Origin: Ranitomeya imitator | Lineage: Eukaryota | Assembly (NCBI RefSeq): GCF_032444005.1 | Contig: NC_091291.1 | Coordinates: 20,398,001 to 20,462,000 of the forward strand | DNA: 64,000 nt | Reading direction: 5' to 3' | Shown here: positions 37,068 through 50,606 of the stretch, piece after piece | Layout: each line of letters starts with the position of its first letter | Numbering within the stretch: position 1 is the stretch's first letter | Translations under genes and position numbers: made by a program | Notes under the pieces: generated by a model | The model's input: the letters and a program-made list of their open reading frames with translations, nothing else | What the model was told of the DNA's origin: nothing | The model's database searches: none

Positions 37068-39026
37068 TGCAGCGCCCAAGAAACTGCAGTGATGTCCTCC
37101 TTCCACCAGGGAGAGCGATGTTACGTCTGATGGCACCAAAGCAATTCACCCTGCCAGGTATCACAGCCACACACACACTTCACACGCTGGCCACTTGGGG
37201 GAGCAAAAGGTTCTATCTATTAGGCCACTCCTCACACTTGGGTAAAACTGGGTGTTTGGATAGGAAGAGGAGAAAAGCTGACTGGTGGGAGAAGGAGATA
37301 GTCAGGAGGAGAGGTGAGGAGCAGACTGGGCTCGGCCCAGGGAAGGAAAGAAGGACATGGAGCTGCGCCTGCAACCCATGCGGCAGTCTCCTAAGAAAGG
37401 ACAAGAAAGGAAGTGTGCCGTAGTGAGTGAGCACCGAAGTCGTAGCAACTGGAGTAAAACACCAGTGGGAGACCAGCTAGAAGCAGACTGCCTCCCACTG
37501 AGCGCAGATCCGGTAGCCGGAACACCGAGGGAGTAATAGACTCTACGCTTTACTTCAGAGATTGGCAGGACAGTCGATTCCAAGTTGGCTGCCCGACCTA
37601 AGAACCTAAGCAGACAAGGTGGCAACGTGGAGGAGGGGCGACGCTAGGGTCCCTGTAAAATAGCCTCAGGCCACCACCATCATACGGGTTTGTCCTATCC
37701 ATCTGGGGAACAGAGAGAAGAGTAACAAGAGTGAGGACCCTATGGGAGCTAATGCATGTAGGGACCTACTACGTTACTGTGCGCAGGGGAAGGCTACTAA
37801 TTTCCACCTGGATAAGGGGACTCTGGAATTGCCATCAGACCGGCCGGACTCTGCCTACCCTGTCATCCGGCACCCTGGACTGTGGATGCTGAAGCCTTCA
37901 GTAAAGGTAAAGAGACTGCACCCATTGTGTCCTCGTTATTCACCGCACCTTGCACCATCCACCATCACCATCTACACTTCTGAGAAGCCCTGGGGATATA
38001 CTTCACCTGTGGGAAGGTATACCATCTAGCTTCCATTCCATCACCCCAGCGGACCCCTAAGCAGCGTAGGTCATCCTGACCGAATACCACAGGTGGCATC
38101 ACGAACACTACCGTTTTCTACAAACTCTACCCCCTTTTATTGGGCGCCCCTCATAGGGCCACGGTCCGGGTCGGGCCACCGTGACATCCCAGCTGAGGGA
38201 ACTGAAGGACCCGGTACCGAGTGCCCCATTGCCCTTCCCTGGGGGAACTGTTGTGAATTCTGTGATCAAGCTCCCTCCTGTGGTCACGAGTGGTACTGCG
38301 GCTTCTGAGTTTCCTTCCTCAGGTGATGAGGTTAAGTCGTTAGGTGCTGCTCTATTTAACTCCACCTAGTGCTTTGATCCTGGCCTCCAGTCAATGTTCT
38401 AGTATTGGTCTTGTTTCCTCCTGGATCGTTCCTGTGGCCTGTCTGCTCAGCATAAGCTAAGTTCTGCTTGTGTTACTTTTTGCTATATTTTCGGTCCAGC
38501 TTGCTTTTTTGGTTTTTCTTGCTTGCTGGAAGCTCTGAGACGCAGAGGGAGCACCTCCGTACCGTTAGTCGGTGCGGAGGGTCTTTTTGCCCCTCTGCGT
38601 GGTTGTTTGTAGGTTTTTGTGTTGACCGCAAAGCTATCTTTCCTATCCTCGGTCTATTCAGTAAGTCGGGCCTCACTTTGCTAAATCTATTTCATCTCTG
38701 TGTTTGTATTTTCATCTTACTCACAGTCATTATATGTGGGGGGCTGCCTTTTCCTTTGGGGAATTTCTCTGAGGCAAGGTAGGCTTATTTTTCTATCTTC
38801 AGGTCTAGCTAGTTTCTCAGGCTGTGCCAAGTTGCATAGGGAGCGTTAGGCGCAATCCACGGCTACCTCTAGTGTGGTTTGATAGGTTTAGGGATTGCGG
38901 TCAGCAGAGTTTCCACGTCTCAGAGCTCGTCCTATGTTTTGTGGTTTTTGTCAGGTTACTTGTGTACTCTGAACTTCAAGGTCCATTGTGGTTCTGAATT
39001 ACCTATTCATAACAGGGAACGCTGCA
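37068..39026. mobile_element. Solo LTR (about 1187 bp net), interrupted near its end by a second solo LTR
   Basis: TGCAGCG...CGCTGCA termini; 4-bp TSD CTTA at 37064-37067 and 39027-39030. Confidence 0.8.
38249..39014. mobile_element. Nested solo LTR (766 bp)
   Basis: TGTTGTGAA...TTCATAACA termini; direct repeat GGGAAC at 38243-38248 and 39015-39020. Confidence 0.82.
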
Positions 39027-40177
39027 CTTACACTCAACAGGAAAGAGAGACTTACTCAGTGACTCTGGAAATGGAAAATGACTCACACGTACAAACTGTG
39101 CTCCAATGGGAACTGCTGATCTGTGATTTTCCCGGTACTTACCACCACTGTACAAGTTATGATGAATTCACTAGATTTCTTAGCTGTAGGGCTAGGGAAG
39201 GCCCTTCTTGGCCATGCAAAAAGACATTCATCTGATATCTGATGTTTCAGAAATGTGGAAAATGGTGTTGGGCAAGTTTTTGTTTTGTAAACCACAAATT
39301 GAATCTCAAAATGTTTGAATACACATGAAACTGCAAATTTCAGGAAATTCGACTCTAGCTCAATCCTCTGTGGATCTATCTACTCATCTCTACTTGCTTT
39401 GGTTTTGACTTTGGGTTAAACTCAAGACCGATGTATAAGTGATTTCTAGTTTTTCACTTGTTAACCTTTAAATATGAATCTGAATTTTGTTGCTTGAAAT
39501 ACCCCAAGGCAAGTTCTGAAGAAGTGAAAGACAAGTGGAAGGTCAGGGTGGGCTGCAGACAGGTAGACTTGATTCGTAGACAAGGCATGTCAAATGCTAA
39601 AGTACAGACCAGAACAAAACTCTAGTAGTGAAAAGAACCTAATGGACCTTTGGACAATGCTTTGGTGGACGCTAGACCTTTAGAAACCTGTGGGTCAACT
39701 AACATGCACTTCAGAGACTTCATCAGGCAGGCCTGGATACTCCGGATGGGAGCATGGTGGAGGACAGCAGGACTTTGGTCCCAGAAGCTTCAATGCTGTT
39801 GGCAGCAGAATAGAGCAGAACACAAGGTATGGACATTCTCAGGTGACTGGAGCATGATATTTATTAGCATAGTTTAATTGGACATGTAATGGTCACATTA
39901 TGTTTATATAAACGTGTATTTTTTTTATAGCAGCTTACATTTTAGAAAAAAGATGTCGTGTGAAGAGAAACTTTGCAGACCAAGATGTCATCAGAACTTG
40001 TCCAAGAAATCAGTGGTTTTTAGTAAGGACTGATAGAAGCCTCAGATAACTAGATAAGCAGGTGAGGAAGAGAAAGAGTTAAAAGTAATCATATATTCAG
40101 CGAGAAACATCTAGAGCGAGAAGACAATCAGGTAAGAGAGGCTTCACAGAGCCATGATATACAGGTTTATTGGGCTA

Positions 40178-42413
40178 CTAGATGGTGTCCCGATTCTAAC
40201 GCATCGGGTATTCTAGAATATGCATGTCCTCGTAGTATATTGCCCAGCCATGTAGTATATTGCCCAGTCACGTAGTATATTGCCCAGCCACGTAGTATAT
40301 TGCCCAGTCACGTAGTATATTGCCCAGCCACGTAGTATATTGCCCGGCGACGTAGTATACAGCACAGAGCATATTGCCCAGCCACGTAGTATATTGCCCA
40401 GTCACGTAGTATATTGCCCAGCTACGTAGTATATTGCACAGCCACGTACTATATTGCCCAGCTACGTAGTATATTGCCCAGTCACGTAGTATATTGCCCA
40501 GTCACGTAGTATATTGCCCAGTCACGTAGTATATTGCCCAGCCATGTAGTATATTGCCCGGCGACGTAGTATACAGCACAGAGCATATTGCCCAGCCACG
40601 TAGTATATTGCCCAGTCACGTAGTATATTGCCCAGCTACGTAGTATATTGCACAGCCACGTACTATATTGCCCAGCTACGTAGTATATTGCCCAGTCACG
40701 TAGTATATTGCCCAGTCACGTAGTATATTGCCCAGTCACGTAGTATATTGCCCAGCCACGTAGTATATTGCCCGGCGACGTAGTATACAGCACAGAGCAT
40801 ATTGCCCAGCCACGTAGTATATTGCCCAGTCACGTAGTATATTGCCCAGCTACGTAGTATATTGCACAGCCACGTACTATATTGCCCAGCTACGTAGTAT
40901 ATTGCCCAGTCACGTAGTATATTGCCCAGTCACGTAGTATATTGCCCAGTCACGTAGTATATTGCCCAGTCACGTAGTATATTGCCCAGCCACGTAATAT
41001 ATTGCCCAGCGACGTAGTATACAGCACAGAGCATATTGCCCAGCTACGTAGTATATTTCCCAGCTACGTAGTATATTGCCCAGTCACGTAGTACATTGCC
41101 CAGTCACGTAGTATATTGCCCAGTCACGTAGTATATTGCCCAGCGACGTAGTATATTGCCCAGCCACGTAGTATATTGCCCAGCCACGTAGTATATTGCC
41201 CAGCGACGTAGTATACAGCACAGAGCATATTGCCCAGTCACGTAGTACATTGCCCAGTCACGTAGTATATTGCCCAGTCACGTAGTATATTGCCCAGCGA
41301 CGTAGTATATTGCCCAGCCACGTAGTATATTGCCCAGCCACGTAGTATATTGCCCAGCGACGTAGTATATTGCCCAGTCACGTAGTATATTGCCCAGTCA
41401 CGTAGTATATTGCCCAGCGACGTAGTATATTGCCCAGCCACGTAGTATATTGCCCAGCCACGTAGTATATTGCCCAGCCACGTAGTATATTGCCCAGCTA
41501 CGTAGTATATTGCCCAGTCACGTAGTACATTGCCCAGTCACGTAGTATATTGCCCAGTCACGTAGTATATTGCCCAGCGACGTAGTATATTGCCCAGCCA
41601 CGTAGTATATTGCCCAGCCACGTAGTATATTGCCCAGCGACGTAGTATACAGCACAGAGCATATTGCCCAGTCACGTAGTACATTGCCCAGTCACGTAGT
41701 ATATTGCCCAGTCACGTAGTATATTGCCCAGCGACGTAGTATATTGCCCAGCCACGTAGTATATTGCCCAGCCACGTAGTATATTGACCAGCGACGTAGT
41801 ATATTGCCCAGTCACGTAGTATATTGCCCAGCGACGTAGTATATTGCCCAGTCATGTAGTATATTGCCCAGTCACGTAGTATATTGCCCAGCGACGTAGT
41901 ATATTGCCCAGTCATGTAGTATATTGCTCAGCGACGTAGTATACAGCACAGAGCATATTGCCCAGCCACATAGTATATTGCCCAGCCACGTAGTATATTG
42001 CCCAGCCACGTAGTATATTGCCCAGTTACGTAGTATATTGCCCAGTGGCGTAGTATATTGCCCAGTTACGTAGTATATTGCCCAGCGATGTAGTATATTG
42101 CCCAGCCACATAGTATACAGCAAAAGATAACGGAGTGAGTTACCCGCGGCATAACGCGGTCCGTTACCACTTGCATTAACCCTGTATGAGTGGTGACTGC
42201 GGGGAGTATGGAGCGGGCACTGACTGCAGGGGAGTAGGGAGGGACTAATCGGACTGTGGCCATCACTGATTGGTCGCGGCAGCCATGACAGGCAGCTGGC
42301 AAGACCAATCAGCGACTTGGATTCCATGACAGACAGAGGCCGCGACCAATGAATATCTGTGTCTATAGAAAGACAGAAAGACAGAAGTGACCCTTAGACA
42401 ATTATATAGTAGA
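40178..42413 (-). mobile_element. Non-autonomous Helitron carrying a 20-bp tandem array
   Basis: Minus strand starts TC, ends with hairpin CCCGAT..ATCGGG then CTAG, and sits between A and T with no TSD. Confidence 0.88.
40231..42120. repeat. 20-bp minisatellite (CGTAGTATATTGCCCAGYCA) with recurring 34-bp variant unit
   Basis: About 90 units; the variant containing ACAGCACAGAGC recurs at spacings of 214, 214, 234, 194, 434 and 294 bp. Confidence 0.97.
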
Positions 42414-42838
42414 TGACTATACATATGGCACTCTGTAACGTGATGTAATCCCTCTAATTCCAGTAACTGGTGGAATCTGGACTCCTAGACACCCACTAAA
42501 GTCCCCCATCTCTATACATAGAAGAAGCTGGCCAGAGGATTGAAGAAGACACAGGAGACATCAAGACATTCACAAGAGAAAGTTCCTGGTATGTGGAGCA
42601 GATAAATTGATTTGATGCCGTCACAGAATAGTAGATATTTTGGTGTTTTTTTCTTAACAGATTATACAACAAAGATCGATAGTTTGGTTACAAGAAGATT
42701 TAATGTTTTGTCATAGACTGATGAGAGAAAAGCTCAGCCAACTATGGAGGCAGTCACCTCCTAAAACTGTGTACTAACGAGAAACAAAAACTGACCTGCA
42801 AGTGTGAACAGGTGCCAGCTGCTGTGACTGAAATATAT

Positions 42839-43079
42839 ATAATAATCTTTATTTTTATATAGCGCTAACATATTCCACAGCGCTTTACAGTTTTGCACAC
42901 ATTATCATCACTGTCCCCGATTGGGCTCACAATCTAAATTCTCTATCAGTATGTCTTTGGAATGTGGGAGGAAACCGGAGTACCTGGAGGAAACCCACAC
43001 AAACACGGGGAGAACATACAAACTCCTTGCAGATGTTGTCCTTGGTGGAATTTAAACCCAGGACTCCAGTGTTGCAAGG
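42839..43079 (-). mobile_element. tRNA-derived V-SINE-like element (5' end incomplete)
   Basis: Minus strand has a B-box-like GGTTTAAATTCC, the V-domain-like core GTGGGTTTCCTCCAGGTACTCCGGTTTCCTCCCACA and an (ATT)n tail. Confidence 0.75.
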
Positions 43080-43198
43080 TTGGTTTGATTTCTAAATATT
43101 ACAGTCACAGCAGCTGGTGCTGGTTCACACTTGCAGGTCAGTTTTTGTTTCTTTTTGTTGATAGATAAATAGATGATAAATAATAGAAAGATTTATAA

Positions 43199-43613
43199 GG
43201 CTGGTTTCCCACTAGCGTCCAGCAGGGCTGCGTAGGGCTGCGGACGTCTTCCGTGAAGCCATGCCCACTGCTGCGCCTCTTCATTCAGCTCCACCTATGG
43301 CTGCATGCGTCCTGCGTACCTATCTTTAACATTGGGTGCACAGGCTATGCGGATGTATGCAGATGCCTCCACATGCATCGTTTTCACGCTGCGCCAACCT
43401 GCGCCGAAAGCAACATGTTACATTTTGTTGCGGTTGGTGCAGTGTGAAAACAACGAATGCGGAGGCATCCGCATACATCCACATGGCCTGCGTACCCAAT
43501 GTTAAAGATAGGGTACGCAGGACGCATGCAGCCATAGGCGGCAGTGGATGGGGCTTCACGGAGGAAGTCTGCAGCATTCCGAAGCCCTGCCAAACGCTAG
43601 TATGAAGCTAGCC
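43199..43613. mobile_element. PIF/Harbinger-like MITE (415 bp) inside a GATA microsatellite
   Basis: TSD TAA at 43196-43198 and 43614-43616; TIR GGCTGGTTTCCCACTAGCGT...ACGCTAGTATGAAGCTAGCC; internal palindrome. Confidence 0.85.
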
Positions 43614-43672
43614 TAAGAGATGGATGATAGATAATAGATTGATAGATAGATAATAGATAGATAAATTGATAT

Positions 43673-44160
43673 AGTCCGGATGTCAATCCAATTGATAATC
43701 TTTGGTGGAAGTTGAAGAAAATGGTCGATGACAAGGCTCCAACCTGCAAAGCTGATCTGGGGACAGCAATCAGAGTAAGTTGGAGCCAGATTGATGAAGA
43801 GTCCTGTGTGACTCTCATTAAGTCCAGGCCTCAGAGACTGCAAGCTGTAAGAAAAGCCAGATGTGGTCCAACAAAATACTAGTGATGTATTGGAGGGTTT
43901 TTTGTTTGTTTTTCATGATTCCATAATTTTTTCCCACATAATTGAGTGACTCCATAATTTTTCCCTATGCTTGGTTAAAAAAAAGTAACCATTACTGACT
44001 ACCACATTTTTTTGTTCTTGATTTCTTAAAGCCAGAAAGTTGTCATTTGAAATGACTTTAGTTTTGTGCCATGTCTGTGATCTGATTTTTTTCTACAAAA
44101 TGAAACAACTGAATGAACATCCTCCAAGGCCGGCGATTCCATCATTTTTGCCTGGGGTTA
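43673..44160 (+). mobile_element. 3' fragment of a Tc1 transposon (transposase C-terminus plus right TIR)
   Basis: 43673-43882 translates SPDVNPIDNLW...RLQAVRKARCGPTKY* (Tc1 SPDLNPIENLW...TKY signature); TIR-like end followed by TA at 44161-44162. Confidence 0.85.
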
Positions 44161-45385
44161 TACATGTTAGGATGTGTGAAGTCAAGGAAAAGGAAAGGTG
44201 GAAAAGGACACATCATAATATAGTACATCATGAGTTTAAATTATTGTTGTAGCTAAAACATAAACTCCTGAATGTTAGCTTCAAATGATGCCAGGATAAA
44301 AGGTCTCGGTGCAATATTCGGGAAGCAGTCCACCTTAAATCTCAAAACTCCACAAAACATATAGAGAATATTATGTGAAACACAGACATCTGAATGAGTA
44401 CTAACAGTATAACAGTGATGGTCCCTGGTTGAAGTTGGGTGGAAATGTGCATTGAGGACTGAGGTGAAGGTTGGTGTGCTTACGTTTCAAGTCATCAACA
44501 TGAATGGTCAATATTGGTTTTCCTATTTTACACATTCAGAAAACCTTGTGGCTATCTTTTGTAATATGTTTTTATATCATGAAGCTTTTCCTTACATCAG
44601 CCTCCATCCTCTGAATTTGCTTAACTTTATGATCCCTTCCTGATCGTGCACTTCAGACCTTGATCATTACAGTGCCACTTGCGTAACCAGATAACACCCT
44701 CTTCGATCAGTAGACTTCTCCACCTGACTTTTTCCCACTTTCTACTTCAGATACAACTGCAATATTTGTTCTTGACTTTGGTTTCTACAGATATTTCTGG
44801 CAACATATGTTTGCCTGCCTTCTGACGGTACTATCTGCTCTCATGAGGACACTGTCTACCAGGGTGGTCTCTTCCTCTTCTCCTTTACGGGCAGATGGTT
44901 GCTTACGCCTTGGAATAGTCACAGAGGCAATTTCACCTCTCTCACCTAGTGCAGTACACAGTTCAAGATGTCTCCTTTTATGTAAATTAGCCACTATCCA
45001 GTAACATTGGTCTTGATCACTGCAAATGACACAGAAAAGAGGGAAACAAGCTCCTGAAAAACCTCTGTCTGTCACTCACACTATCTGCCCAGTCACTACC
45101 ATTCGCCTGGACAGCAAACTTTTTACTCCTAAACTTCTGCAACATCAACATGACTCAACATAACTCACACACAAACACACTGAATGCATTACTGGAAATA
45201 AAAAGACAAGTAGAACATAGACAAGTGCACTGAGCATAAGTCCATGTGAGTGCTGGAAACAGGCAAGTCTCACAGGTCTCTGGTAGAGTAAAGTGCAAAG
45301 GCAAGGCAGGTAAAAAAAAATGCTAACTCATAGGGGTACCATGCCCAACACAAGATTGTTTAAACATTTTTTAACATAAGATTAG

Positions 45386-45425
45386 AGCCTGATGAAGACC
45401 TTCAGCCGAGAAGGAAATGTGTTGC
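45386..45425 (+). ncRNA. Decayed hammerhead ribozyme (Penelope pLTR remnant)
   Basis: GC-CTGATGA-A-GACCTTC..GAAG-GAAA-TGTGTTGC; TGTG looks like CpG-decayed CGCG; stem II is incomplete. Confidence 0.4.
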
Positions 45426-45988
45426 TTTTGGGTCAACATGGTCCATACGCTAATTTACGTTTTGGGTCTGGTCAATTGTAGTTCCTGTGTTAGGGCTAGC
45501 GGAACGCACCAAATAATAAGACTGATAGTGTACGGTGCGTTCGTAGCCTGGGGTCCACCGTGCAGAGATGGAACCTGCTGCTGAGTAATGACGGACTATA
45601 TGGCGGTACTCATAAGTATACTCGCGTGGGTTAAACTTCACCCAACGTGAAGGAAGCGATCCTGTTGCGTCACAGGATCGCGGTACCGCACATAGAAGGC
45701 GAGCAAGCAGTCAGCGAACTTAACCCCAACTAGGATTGAAGTCCGATTAGACCACTTGCTGACACAACACCGCAACAGGGTGTGTTAGGCAACTCTTATA
45801 ATTAGAGCACCGAAGTGTGAACTGTGCCGTGCTGGCAGGCGCCACTAAGCACCCAGACGTGGGTCAGGAAGCGCACTACTGGCGCGTGGCGCCGCACTGG
45901 CGGTCACAGCAATAGACGCTGATACGTGTGTGACACGTTGAGTGATTTGTCGGGCGCTAGATAGCAGCCATACTCCATACGCGAACAG

Positions 45989-48900
45989 TCATACAATAGG
46001 GTAGGGGTATTTAATGAACGACTTGCACTCACAACAAACACACGTATTCAATTGTACACTAGCGCATGGCCGTGCGGTCATGCGCAGTTTATATAATTGC
46101 AGGACAGGAAGTGGCCACAGAAACTTTGCCCTTCCAGGGCCTGCCAAGAGGACCAATGGAATGCGCTGCAGAGCCAGAGCACATGACCCTCGATCTCCAA
46201 TGGGAGATCTTGCTCTGGGCATGCTCAGTGTGCGCAAACAAGGACTTAGTCCCAGGGAAGTCCGCTCGCCGCTGACCAGCACTGATTTTAATGGCAGGAG
46301 CTGAAGAAGCAGCAGTAACTCTCTGCACAGAGCGAGAGCGAGCAAGACACTGGGAGCGACGTCCCTGCTGAGCAGACTCCACTGCGGCTGGAGGAGAATG
46401 GGAGACCGCAGTGGAGACGGATCGAGATTCCCCCTGTGCAGCAGAGGAAACTCGACTCCTAACATTACCCCCCCTCCTTGGGCCTCGCTACGCTCGAAGG
46501 CAGCAATGAGCTGTGGGGCCCGAATGTTTTCAGCAGGCTCCCAAGACCTGTCCTCTGGGCCATAACCCTTCCAATCCACCAAATAAAACTTTTTGCCGCG
46601 TACCACCTTGCACCCCAAAATAGCGTTCACCTCGTAATCGTCCGTAGACGAACCCGATGTCCCGGCAGATGACTCGGAAAACCGGGACATGTATACGGGT
46701 TTCAAGAGGGACACATGAAAGGTGTCGGTGATACCCAAGCGTGGAGGAAGAGCCAGGCGGTAGACCACAGGATTAACCTGTTCGAGAACCTTGAAGGGAC
46801 CCAAGTAGCGAGGAGCAAACTTAGTGGACTCAACTCGCAGCCTGATGTTACGGGCGGAGACCAACACCAAGTCACCAGGGGCAAAAGTCGGAGCGGGGCG
46901 CCGATGAACATCGGCGGAGGACCTCATTCTCTCCTTGGAGGCCCGAATGGCATCCTGCGTGCGATCCCAAATGTCCCGTGCCTCCACAGCCCAGTCTGCC
47001 ACCCTGGGATCAGCGGAAGACACAGGCATGGGCACAGGAACACGCGGATGCTGGCCGTAATTTAAGAGGAATGGAGTCTGACCGGTGGAGTCGGCTACGG
47101 CATTGTTAAGTGCAAACTCTGCCCACGGTAGCAAGGATGCCCAGTCATCCTGTCTGGCAGAAACAAAATGTCGCAGATATGTGACCAAGGTCTGGTTGGC
47201 CCTTTCTACCAACCCATTCGTCTCGGGATGATATGCCGATGAGAGATTTAACTCAATACTGAGTAGACGACATAGCTCCCTCCAGAATCGAGACGCAAAC
47301 TGGGGACCCCGGTCACTAATAATTTTGTCTGGCATACCGTGTAAGCGAAAGATATGCTTGATAAACAAGACAGCCAACGCCCGTGCAGATGGTAGCCGTG
47401 GAAGAGGCACCAAATGCACCATTTTGGAAAAATGATCGGTGATCACCCTGATAATGGTGCAATTACGAGACTTGGGTAAGCCAACCACAAAGTCCATCCC
47501 GACCATCTCCCAGGGCCTGTCAGCCACGGGCAGAGGATATAGCAAACCAGCTGGCCGTTGCCGAGGAGTCTTGTTCCTGGCGCAAGAGACACGCGCCCGA
47601 ACGTACTCCGCGACATCACGAGCCATATGCGGCCACCAGTATGTCCTCGCCAGTAACTCTGATGTCCTTTTAGTACCAAAATGTCCACCCACCCTGGACG
47701 AGTGCGCCCAAGAGAGAACCTCCAGTCGCAAACTAGATGGAACAAAAGTCTTGCCCGGGGGCACAGACTCCAGCGAAACCGGGGCCACGGTTCTCAAACT
47801 CTCGGTGGGGACAATAAGCCGAGGCTCCTCCTCCTCCTCCGCAGATGACACAACGGAGCGAGAGAGAGCGTCGGCCCGAATGTTCTTCTCCCCAGAAAGG
47901 AAATGGAGGGTGAAATGAAACCAGGAGAAGAACAAGGACCATCTGGCCTGGCGAGAATTCAACCGCTGAGCTGTCTGCAGATACACCAAATTTTTGTGAT
48001 CTGTGAAGACTTGGAAGGGAAAACGTGCTCCCTCCAAGAGATGTCTCCACTCCGAGAAAGCCAACTTCATGGCTAGCAACTCCCTGTCCCCGATGGAATA
48101 ATTCCTCTCTGCTGGTGCGAAGGTCTTGGAGAAAAAGAAGCAAGGATGCTTCCGACCTTGAGCATCCTTTTGGAAGAGGACTGCTCCAGCACCAACAGAA
48201 GAGGCATCCACCTCCATGATAAATGGCTTATCAACATCGGGGCGATGAAGAATGGGAGCGCTAGCGAAGTGTGACTTTATAGAGATAAAAGCCTTGGAGA
48301 CCTCCTCAGACCACAATTTGGGATTCGCCCCCTTCTTGGTGAGGGCAACCAAGGGAGCTACCAAAGTTGAGAAATGCGGGATGAACTGGCGATAATAATT
48401 GATGAACCCCATAAAGCGCTGCACCGCTTTAAGAGAATGGGGTTCCTGCCAGTCCATCACAGCCTGTAGTTTGGCAGGATCCATAGCCAATCCCTGGGCT
48501 GAGATGATGTAGCCTAGGAAAGGTAAGGACTCCTGCTCAAACATACACTTCTCCAACTTGGCATAGAGGGAGTTTGCCCGTAGGAGGTCGAAGACTTTGC
48601 AAACATCTCTCCGGTGGGAGTCAATATCTGGAGAGTAGATGAGAATATCATCCAGATAGACTACGACCGAGGTGGAAAGCATATCCCGGAAGATATCGTT
48701 CACAAAGTCTTGGAAAACGGCTGGGGCATTACAGAGCCCAAAGGGCATCACCAGATATTCATAGTGCCCATCCCTGGTATTAAAAGCCGTCTTCCATTCG
48801 TCCCACTCACGGATGCGAATCAGGTTGTAAGCACCCCGCAGATCTAATTTAGTAAATACCCTTGCTCCCCGAAGCCTATCAAACAGTTCAGATATCAAAG

Positions 48901-50593
48901 GCAAAGGGTATTTATTCTTAACGGTGATGGCGTTAAGACCCCTGTAGTCTATGCATGGACGCAATTCCCCACTCTTCTTCTGCACGAAGAAGAACCCTGC
49001 CCCAGCAGGTGACACTGACTTCCTGATGAACCATCTTGCCACATTTTCCTGGATGTACTGTGACATTGCCTCCGTCTCCGGGAGAGATAGCGGATAGACT
49101 CGACCCCGGGGAGGCTCAGCACCAGGCAAGAGGTCAATAGGACATTCATAGGGGCGATGGGGCGGAAGGGTCTCCGCCGCCTTTTTGGAGAATACGTCTG
49201 CATACGACCAATACTGCTTGGGGAGAGAGGAAAGATCTGCGGGTACCTCAGTTGTAGCTACCTGAACGCACTCCCTCTGACACCTACCCCCACAAGATTC
49301 ACCCCATCCCAGAATTCTGCCTGAGGACCACTCGATATGAGGAGAGTGGTACCGTAGCCAAGGTATCCCCAACAGGACCTTGTCAATTCCTTCTGGAATG
49401 ACGAGCAGAGATATAATCTCCTGATGAGATGGCGACATGGACAGAGTAAAAGGGATGGTCTGGTGAGTTATCTGTGAGGGCAGAGTCGACCCATTCACCA
49501 CTCGTACCGTTACAGGTTGAGCTAGCATAACCAGAGGTATTGCGTGGCGTTGGGCGAAGGCAGAAGACATAAAATTGCCCTCCGCCCCAGAATCCACGCA
49601 GAGCTCTACCGAGTGGGAGAATGAGCCTAAAGTAATTGTCCCCTTAAAGGACAATTTAGAGGCAAACGTCGCCGTGTCTAGTGTACCTCCACCTACGACC
49701 ACTAGACGCTGACGTTTCCTCGACCGCTGAGGACATCTGGTGGCTAAATGTCCAGACTGCTGGCAAACATGACAGACCCTGAGTGCACAAGCGGTCTGGG
49801 ACTTAGGTCCCGCTTGTGACACTTCCCTGGCCTCATGTGACTCAGGAACCAGGACCGGAGATTCCAGAGGTTTGGCGAAAGTAGGAGCCAGCCGAAACCT
49901 CTGCCTACACTGGGCTCGCTCTAACCTCCGCTCGTTAAAACGGAGGTCAATTCGAGTGGAGACTGTTATTAACTCCTCCAGTGTGGCAGGAATCTCCCTA
50001 GTGGCCAGAGCGTCCTTTACATGGTCAGCCAAGCCCCTCCAAAATATGGGGATAAGAGCTTTACCCGACCATTCCAGCTCAGATGCTAAAGTGCGGAATT
50101 GGACGGCAAAATGACTGACCAAGGACTCACCCTGAGTTAATGCCAGCAGTTGGAGCGCAGTGTCATGGGTGACTTGAGGTCCTAAAAAGACCTGTTTTAA
50201 AGTGCTCAAAAACAGAGGAGCACTCTGCACCACATGATCGCCACGCTCCCACAGCGGCGTAGCCCATTCCAACGCCCTGTCCGACAATAGAGACACAATA
50301 AATCCCACCTTAGCCCACTCTGTGGGGAAACGTGCAGCCAGAAGCTCGAGATGAATAGGGCACTGACTCACGAATCCCCTACAAAATTTGCTATTACCAG
50401 AAAATTTTTCTGGCAGCGGGAGGCGAGAAAATGTCGGAACAGGGGTGGCAATGGACAAAGTTGCTGCAGCCACGCTGGCAGCCTGTACAGCAACTGCGGT
50501 AACATCCACAGCTGGGGTTGCGCTCTCGAGAGCCGCCAACCTACCCTCCAGCTGCTGTATATACCGCAGGGATTGCTGTTTGTCCGTCATCAC
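45989..50593 (-). CDS. Gag-Pol polyprotein (capsid, CCHC knuckle, protease, RT, RNase H, integrase, chromodomain)
   Basis: [41 protein letters not shown], integrase [27 protein letters not shown]; the frame continues into the 3' LTR. Confidence 0.93.
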   Translation of the reverse strand: MMTDKQQSLRYIQQLEGRLAALESATPAVDVTAVAVQAASVAAATLSIATPVPTFSRLPLPEKFSGNSKFCRGFVSQCPIHLELLAARFPTEWAKVGFIVSLLSDRALEWATPLWERGDHVVQSAPLFLSTLKQVFLGPQVTHDTALQLLALTQGESLVSHFAVQFRTLASELEWSGKALIPIFWRGLADHVKDALATREIPATLEELITVSTRIDLRFNERRLERAQCRQRFRLAPTFAKPLESPVLVPESHEAREVSQAGPKSQTACALRVCHVCQQSGHLATRCPQRSRKRQRLVVVGGGTLDTATFASKLSFKGTITLGSFSHSVELCVDSGAEGNFMSSAFAQRHAIPLVMLAQPVTVRVVNGSTLPSQITHQTIPFTLSMSPSHQEIISLLVIPEGIDKVLLGIPWLRYHSPHIEWSSGRILGWGESCGGRCQRECVQVATTEVPADLSSLPKQYWSYADVFSKKAAETLPPHRPYECPIDLLPGAEPPRGRVYPLSLPETEAMSQYIQENVARWFIRKSVSPAGAGFFFVQKKSGELRPCIDYRGLNAITVKNKYPLPLISELFDRLRGARVFTKLDLRGAYNLIRIREWDEWKTAFNTRDGHYEYLVMPFGLCNAPAVFQDFVNDIFRDMLSTSVVVYLDDILIYSPDIDSHRRDVCKVFDLLRANSLYAKLEKCMFEQESLPFLGYIISAQGLAMDPAKLQAVMDWQEPHSLKAVQRFMGFINYYRQFIPHFSTLVAPLVALTKKGANPKLWSEEVSKAFISIKSHFASAPILHRPDVDKPFIMEVDASSVGAGAVLFQKDAQGRKHPCFFFSKTFAPAERNYSIGDRELLAMKLAFSEWRHLLEGARFPFQVFTDHKNLVYLQTAQRLNSRQARWSLFFSWFHFTLHFLSGEKNIRADALSRSVVSSAEEEEEPRLIVPTESLRTVAPVSLESVPPGKTFVPSSLRLEVLSWAHSSRVGGHFGTKRTSELLARTYWWPHMARDVAEYVRARVSCARNKTPRQRPAGLLYPLPVADRPWEMVGMDFVVGLPKSRNCTIIRVITDHFSKMVHLVPLPRLPSARALAVLFIKHIFRLHGMPDKIISDRGPQFASRFWRELCRLLSIELNLSSAYHPETNGLVERANQTLVTYLRHFVSARQDDWASLLPWAEFALNNAVADSTGQTPFLLNYGQHPRVPVPMPVSSADPRVADWAVEARDIWDRTQDAIRASKERMRSSADVHRRPAPTFAPGDLVLVSARNIRLRVESTKFAPRYLGPFKVLEQVNPVVYRLALPPRLGITDTFHVSLLKPVYMSRFSESSAGTSGSSTDDYEVNAILGCKVVRGKKFYLVDWKGYGPEDRSWEPAENIRAPQLIAAFERSEAQGGGVMLGVEFPLLHRGNLDPSPLRSPILLQPQWSLLSRDVAPSVLLALALCRELLLLLQLLPLKSVLVSGERTSLGLSPCLRTLSMPRARSPIGDRGSCALALQRIPLVLLAGPGRAKFLWPLPVLQLYKLRMTARPCASVQLNTCVCCECKSFIKYPYPIV

Positions 50594-50606
50594 TAGCCAG
50601 ACCCTG

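Noticed and set aside
40231-42120. 20-bp array as CRISPR, or its ORFs as repeat proteins
   Set aside because: It is a contiguous tandem repeat inside a Helitron; the ORFs are short repeat translations.
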